From Spirochaetia bacterium (lineage in GTDB: Bacteria > Spirochaetota > Spirochaetia > UBA9216), in NCBI GenBank assembly GCA_963677925.2, contig CAXXYH010000004.1:672001-736000 (forward strand): DNA of 64,000 nt. The letters run 5' to 3'. The position numbers were made by a program, and so were the translations under genes. Each line of letters starts with the position of its first letter. Position 1 is the first letter of the stretch. Of the stretch, positions 59,417 to 64,000 are shown in pieces. The notes beneath the pieces were generated by a model that worked only from the letters and a program-made list of their open reading frames with translations, did not search any database and was not told where the DNA came from.

Positions 59417-60517
59417 CTAGTCGAGTTTGTATACAAGAACCAGACCTGATCTCTGGAATACCTGAGCAACTTCAATAAGATCCATACCGCCTGCATTTGC
59501 CGCGATAAGGTTTGAAACCCATGTTACACCGAAGTCAACCTGACCGGTGTAAACAGCGGTTGTTTCACCGATGTCGCCGCCGCCGGGAATTACAGTTACA
59601 TCAAGGCCGACTTCGCTGTAGTAGCCCTTGTCGAGTGCAACGTAGTAACCCATGAACTGCGCCTGGGGAAGCCATTTAAGCTGAATACTTACTTCTGTTT
59701 TTTCCGGGCTGAATGTTCCGTCGGAAGCCATTGCTGCTTCCCAGTATGAGCTGTCTGCAAGATCATCTGCTGAAAGCTCTGCAAGAGCTTCAGCCGCTAC
59801 AGAGTCATCGAGTTTGATGTATGTTTTTGCAAGTTCAAGAGTCTGTGCAAGCGCAGAGTCAACAATCTTTCCGTAGTCAGTTACAGTTGCGCCTGAAGTA
59901 TCGGTTTCAACCAGTTTCTTAACTTCTGATGCCATGTAAGCCTGGTGTTCGGCTGAAACTGAAGATCCGTAGTTGAAAACGATTTCAGCTGCTTCTTCAA
60001 CATTGTTCACCGCATATTCCCAGCCCTTCATTGATGCGTAGATAAATGCTTTTACTGTTTCAGGGTTTGCTGCTGCGAACTCTGCGGTTGTGAAGATGTT
60101 GTCTTCAAGCATTGCAACACCTTCATCATTCATGTCGATGTATGAAACCGTATCTCCGTATCCGTAACCGCCTGCATAGCTGTTTTTTACAAGACCAAGT
60201 TCATTGTAGGTCATTGCTGATGCAAGAAGGATTGAATCGTCATCAAATCCGTCCATATCAAAAGCCTGGCTGAGATATGTAGTAGGCTGACCGTACTTTG
60301 AAAGCAGTGCCTGGATTTCGTATTCGTTACCAAGACCCCAGTTACCAACCTGGCCCTTGCCGGCTGCGTCTACAACGATGCTTTCAACTGATGCATCTGC
60401 TGAATAATAGGAGCTTCCCTCTTCAGATTCCTGGCTTCCTGAAGCGAAGAGCGGTGATGCGGCCATTACGCTGATTAAGAGTAAAGACCCGATTGTAAGT
60501 AAATTAAACCTTTTCAT
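59417..60517 (-). CDS. NMT1/THI5-family ABC substrate-binding protein, apparently circularly permuted
   Basis: The segment LKWLPQAQFMGYYVALDKGYY..VGLDV, normally N-terminal, sits at the C-terminus; GNWGLGNEYE, AMTYNE and ASMKGWEY come first. Confidence 0.85.
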   Translation of the reverse strand: MKRFNLLTIGSLLLISVMAASPLFASGSQESEEGSSYYSADASVESIVVDAAGKGQVGNWGLGNEYEIQALLSKYGQPTTYLSQAFDMDGFDDDSILLASAMTYNELGLVKNSYAGGYGYGDTVSYIDMNDEGVAMLEDNIFTTAEFAAANPETVKAFIYASMKGWEYAVNNVEEAAEIVFNYGSSVSAEHQAYMASEVKKLVETDTSGATVTDYGKIVDSALAQTLELAKTYIKLDDSVAAEALAELSADDLADSSYWEAAMASDGTFSPEKTEVSIQLKWLPQAQFMGYYVALDKGYYSEVGLDVTVIPGGGDIGETTAVYTGQVDFGVTWVSNLIAANAGGMDLIEVAQVFQRSGLVLVYKLD

Positions 60518-60571
60518 GTAAATCCTCCGTCATGAATAGTTGGGTTTATTATTTCAGTTGAAAAACTCCAG

Positions 60572-61381
60572 TTACCGGCGTCCTTTCAACAAAATATTCT
60601 CAAGAAGCAGCAGCAGAATATACATGGTTACACCAATGCCGAATGCTGCCGTTATATACGCCCATGCTGTTGAGTACTGGGCAAGAACTATGTTTTCACG
60701 AATCTGCCTTCCTACACCGATGATGTATTCGGCAAAGTATTCGCTGACCATAGCACTGATAATACTTCCGGGAACGCTTACCCGGAGTGCTGTAAAAATA
60801 TAGGGAACACTGTTGGGGACCCTCAGTTTAAGAAAGATAGTCATCCTGTTTGCTGCAATTGAATGCATCAGGTCCTCTGAAAAAGGCTTGAGTTCAGAAA
60901 ATCCCCTGAAGGCATTGATGCTCATCGCCACTGTACAGGTAATCATTACAACAAGCATCTTGGCCAGCATGCTGCGGATGTTGGGATCCCGGCTGAAGTC
61001 CTTTGTCAGATTGGTCATGATAGGGGCTATAGCGATGATCGGGATGGCATTGAAAGCTGATACGATTGTGAGTCCGCCGGCGCCCCACTTGGGGAAGGCT
61101 GTTGCAATGATTGCAAGCAGGTATCCGAGAACCGAGCCCATCAGCAGTCCGCCAAGTGCGACAGTTACTGTAGCCTTAACATTTTTAAGGATAGAACCGG
61201 TGTTGTCTGCAATGATGTTTGCGATTCGTCCGGGCAGGGGGAGTGTAAAAGTATCTGCCCCGATTATCTTGTGCAGGGCCTGGGTCTGCCAGAGCATTAT
61301 TACGAATATTCCGAATGCTACCGGAAAGAAGATGGACGTAAACCTGTCCTTGTTGAATTTCAGTGTATTATTTCTGCTCAT
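60572..61381 (-). CDS. ABC transporter permease (SsuC/TauC class)
   Basis: AIPIIAIAP, KLRVPNSVPYIFTALRV, MVSEYF. Confidence 0.92.
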   Translation of the reverse strand: MSRNNTLKFNKDRFTSIFFPVAFGIFVIMLWQTQALHKIIGADTFTLPLPGRIANIIADNTGSILKNVKATVTVALGGLLMGSVLGYLLAIIATAFPKWGAGGLTIVSAFNAIPIIAIAPIMTNLTKDFSRDPNIRSMLAKMLVVMITCTVAMSINAFRGFSELKPFSEDLMHSIAANRMTIFLKLRVPNSVPYIFTALRVSVPGSIISAMVSEYFAEYIIGVGRQIRENIVLAQYSTAWAYITAAFGIGVTMYILLLLLENILLKGRR

Positions 61382-61393
61382 ATGACTTTCCTG

Positions 61394-62206
61394 TTAACCT
61401 GCTGTTCTTTTGCCCGGCGATACTATTTTTTCAAGCAGCGACATAAGCTGATAACTGAGTATTCCGATTATTGCGCTTACAAACACTATCTGCCAGAAGA
61501 CATAGATGCTCATAGCGTGTTTAAGCGATTGTGAAAGCATTGTTCCCAGTCCGCCGCCGCCCTGAAGCGTATCGACAAGGATTGATGCGGTGATTGCAAA
61601 GGGCGCAGCAATTTTCAGTCCTGTAAAAAAGTATGGAAGACAGGACGGCAGCAGCAGCTTGGTGTAAATGTGAATCTGAGACGCTGCTATAGAGTGCATG
61701 AGTTCGTGCTTTTCCTTTTCAACAGCCTTCAATCCGGCAAGTGTATTGGTAGCTACGGGATAGAATGTCAGTATTGCTGCAATTACAATCCGGCTTTTAT
61801 CAATATCCTTTGTAATTGCAAGTACAATCGGAGCCATACCCAGAATCGGGATCATCTGGATCATCATCAGGTACGGGAATGCTGTCTTTTCAATCGGAAC
61901 AAACATTCTCATTAAAAGCGCCAGGGTAAATCCCACAGCAATTCCAATAAGAAAGCCGATTCCTGCACGGTAAAGGGTGATGCCTGCGTTGCTCATTACC
62001 AGCTGCAGGGCTGTCTGCTTGTTTGCCACCATCGCTGAACTGAAAACCGATTCAATTATCTGATAAAGGTGGGGGAGTACATTCTCGGGAGTTCTTTTTG
62101 AGCCCGCGATGAACGTGGCTCCGATTTCCCAGAGACCTACAAGACCGAGTCCCCATACAAGTGTTACAAGCTTACTCTGATGTTTTGATTGTTTTACGCC
62201 AGCCAC
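61394..62206 (-). CDS. ABC transporter permease (SsuC/TauC class)
   Basis: QMIPILGMAP, TFYPV, KLLLPSCLPYFFTGLK; GTG start with SD GAGGGAG. Confidence 0.92.
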   Translation of the reverse strand: MAGVKQSKHQSKLVTLVWGLGLVGLWEIGATFIAGSKRTPENVLPHLYQIIESVFSSAMVANKQTALQLVMSNAGITLYRAGIGFLIGIAVGFTLALLMRMFVPIEKTAFPYLMMIQMIPILGMAPIVLAITKDIDKSRIVIAAILTFYPVATNTLAGLKAVEKEKHELMHSIAASQIHIYTKLLLPSCLPYFFTGLKIAAPFAITASILVDTLQGGGGLGTMLSQSLKHAMSIYVFWQIVFVSAIIGILSYQLMSLLEKIVSPGKRTAG

Positions 62207-62208
62207 TG

Positions 62209-62988
62209 TCAGACTCCCTCAAAACTGTGGCGGACTTTGGTTACAAGTTTCGCAAACTCAGGATTATCCTTGGAGTCAAGGCTTCTGGGTCTGGGGATAT
62301 CAATATCAACTACAGCGGAAACCCTGCCGGGGTGGGGTGAGAGAACTACAACCCTGTCCGATAGGAATACTGATTCCTGAATATTATGAGTAACAAAGAG
62401 TATGGTCTTGTTTGTCTTCTGCCAGATTCTCAGGAGATCCATGTGCAGCTTTTCTTTTGTGAATTCATCAAGTGCGGAAAAGGGTTCGTCCATAAGAAGT
62501 ATTTCCGGATCAATGGCAAGCGCACGTGCAATTCCTACTCTCTGCTGCATTCCTCCGCTGAGCTGGTGGGGATATTTGTCGCCGAATTCGGTAAGCCCAA
62601 CAAGTTCAAGTGTTTCTTCAATTCTTCGATGTCGTTCTGCCTTTGGGATGCCAATAACCTCCATGGGCATGGAAATATTTTTTCTGACAGTCCTCCATTC
62701 AAAAAGAACCGGACTCTGAAAGACAAAACCATATTTCTGGCGCTGTCGAACTTCACTTGGCGTCATTCCCTTAACGGAGATGATTCCTGAACTTGGTGGC
62801 TGAAGATCTGCTATTGCGCGAAGCAGGGTTGTTTTGCCGCAGCCCGAAGGGCCTACAAGAGAGACAAACTGTCCCTCTTTAATGTCAAGATTAATGTCGG
62901 TAAGCGCGTGTACCTCGCCGGTTCCGTCCTGGTCAGGAAAAGTAACACATAATCCTAATATTTTAATTTCTGTATCATTAGTCTGCAT
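62209..62988 (-). CDS. ABC transporter ATP-binding protein (SsuB/TauB class)
   Basis: GPSGCGKT, LSGGMQQR, LLMDEPFSALD, VTH; ATG at 62988 preferred over TTG at 63000. Confidence 0.95.
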   Translation of the reverse strand: MQTNDTEIKILGLCVTFPDQDGTGEVHALTDINLDIKEGQFVSLVGPSGCGKTTLLRAIADLQPPSSGIISVKGMTPSEVRQRQKYGFVFQSPVLFEWRTVRKNISMPMEVIGIPKAERHRRIEETLELVGLTEFGDKYPHQLSGGMQQRVGIARALAIDPEILLMDEPFSALDEFTKEKLHMDLLRIWQKTNKTILFVTHNIQESVFLSDRVVVLSPHPGRVSAVVDIDIPRPRSLDSKDNPEFAKLVTKVRHSFEGV

Positions 62989-62999
62989 ATGGGGATACA

Positions 63000-63017
63000 A
63001 TGCAAATTACATGCCAA
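63000..63017 (-). promoter_or_regulatory. Sigma-54 (-24/-12) promoter
   Basis: Minus strand TTGGCATGTAATTTGCAT: GG-N10-GC, close to consensus. Confidence 0.8.
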
Positions 63018-63141
63018 AAAAACCTGACTTCTGTAGTAAGGATGAAATTCGCTGTGTTTAATGAAAAATATTGTAGTAATCGTGACGATTAAGTGTGATT
63101 TCGAAGGGAAATATGATTTTTAACAAAAATGTAAAAAACAA

Positions 63142-63185
63142 AAATGAATGATAAAGCTACATTAATGTAACTTTATCATTCATTT
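63142..63185. terminator. 44-nt near-perfect palindrome downstream of purU (terminator and/or operator)
   Basis: AAATGAATGATAAAGCTACATT|AATGTAACTTTATCATTCATTT with one mismatch; T-rich run follows on the minus strand. Confidence 0.55.
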
Positions 63186-63207
63186 AAAACAAATTTGTAG
63201 GTTGATA

Positions 63208-64000
63208 TTATTTGAAAATGATTGTGTGATTGTTTGAAACAAAAACCCTGTCGTCGAAAACCATTTCCATTGCCTTTGCAAGAACAGCTTTTTCAACATC
63301 GCGCCCTGCCCGTGCCAGAGCTTCAGCATTCTGCTTGTGTGTAATGTTGATGACATTCTGCTCAATTATCGGCCCGTCGTCGAGATCCTGATTCACAAAG
63401 TGGGCTGTTGCCCCGATAATCTTGACTCCGCGCTCATATGCCTGCCGGTAGGGATTTGCCCCTATGAATGCCGGAAGGAAGGAATGGTGGATGTTGATAA
63501 TCTGATCAAGGTAATGATCTGTGAATGATGAAGAAAGGATTCTCATATATTTTGCAAGTACAATATATTCCGGACTGTACTGATCAATAATGTTTATGAT
63601 CTTTCTTTCATGTTCTTCCCTGCTGATGTTTTCATGGCTGATGTAATGATAGGGAACGCCCATCTTTTCGGTAAACTCTCTGAGTGAATCATAGTTGCTG
63701 ATTACAGCCAGGATGTTTGCATTGATATTGTTGAAAAAGTGTCTGACAAGAATATCTCCAAGGCAGTGATGTTCCTTTGTTGCCATAACAATGATATTCT
63801 TTTTTCTTTTTCCATGAAGTTTAATGTCCGCTTCTTCACCGAGTGCTTCTTTAAGATCGTCGTACATGACTCCGGAATCAAAGGTTCCGTTAAACTCTGT
63901 TCTCATGAAAAAGCGTGAAGCCTCGCTGTCGGTATACTGATCGCTTTCAACAACATTGACATTATGATTCAGCAGAATATGAGTAATATCATGTACCAGT
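63208..64000 (-). CDS. purU: Formyltetrahydrofolate deformylase (5' end outside the window)
   Basis: FFMRTEF, KEHHCLGD, LAKYMRIL, INIHHSFLPAFIGANPYRQAYERGVKIIGATAH, LDDGPII; frame is open to the window edge. Confidence 0.95.
   Translation of the reverse strand, partial: LVHDITHILLNHNVNVVESDQYTDSEASRFFMRTEFNGTFDSGVMYDDLKEALGEEADIKLHGKRKKNIIVMATKEHHCLGDILVRHFFNNINANILAVISNYDSLREFTEKMGVPYHYISHENISREEHERKIINIIDQYSPEYIVLAKYMRILSSSFTDHYLDQIINIHHSFLPAFIGANPYRQAYERGVKIIGATAHFVNQDLDDGPIIEQNVINITHKQNAEALARAGRDVEKAVLAKAMEMVFDDRVFVSNNHTIIFK

Noticed and set aside
1-64000. Mobile elements, prophage, defence systems, tRNA or rRNA genes
   Set aside because: No transposase, integrase, phage, nuclease or structural-RNA signatures were recognised by eye; a covariance-model scan could still find small RNAs

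Overview
64 kb of a bacterial chromosome, most likely from a free-living anaerobic spirochaete (inferred from FSC-type lipoboxes, 'FAxGSQE' solute-binding-protein leaders, spirochaete-type MCPs and an [FeFe]-hydrogenase). It is gene-dense accessory, metabolic and signalling DNA, with no rRNA, tRNA, CRISPR array or mobile element detected. Main blocks: carboxylesterase; exported HEAT-repeat protein; two MCPs; class III cyclase; three HD-GYP-type proteins; a 4-gene [FeFe]-hydrogenase operon; pncA; a sigma-54 activator with three UAS sites and a -24/-12 promoter ahead of a GntP permease and a cupin; MATE and AraC genes; a CsoR-controlled copper operon; alpha-2-macroglobulin with pbpC; a nucleoside ABC/hydrolase/deaminase operon; an ArsR Cys-rich metal(loid) cluster; cysteine desulfidase; an NMT1-type ABC transporter; and partial purU. 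Most notable: (1) the NMT1/THI5 binding protein appears circularly permuted; (2) the hydrogenase operon joins an HfsA-like ferredoxin and a stand-alone HfsC C-terminal domain to an NADP-type flavoprotein and HydA; (3) an unannotated 46-aa LDCC microprotein heads the copper operon; (4) a 3-TM protein and the sensor of the overlapping kinase look like paralogous halves of one split sensor; (5) the macroglobulin has no thioester motif yet is paired with pbpC; (6) several genes look leaderless. All family calls come from motif recognition by eye, without database searches.
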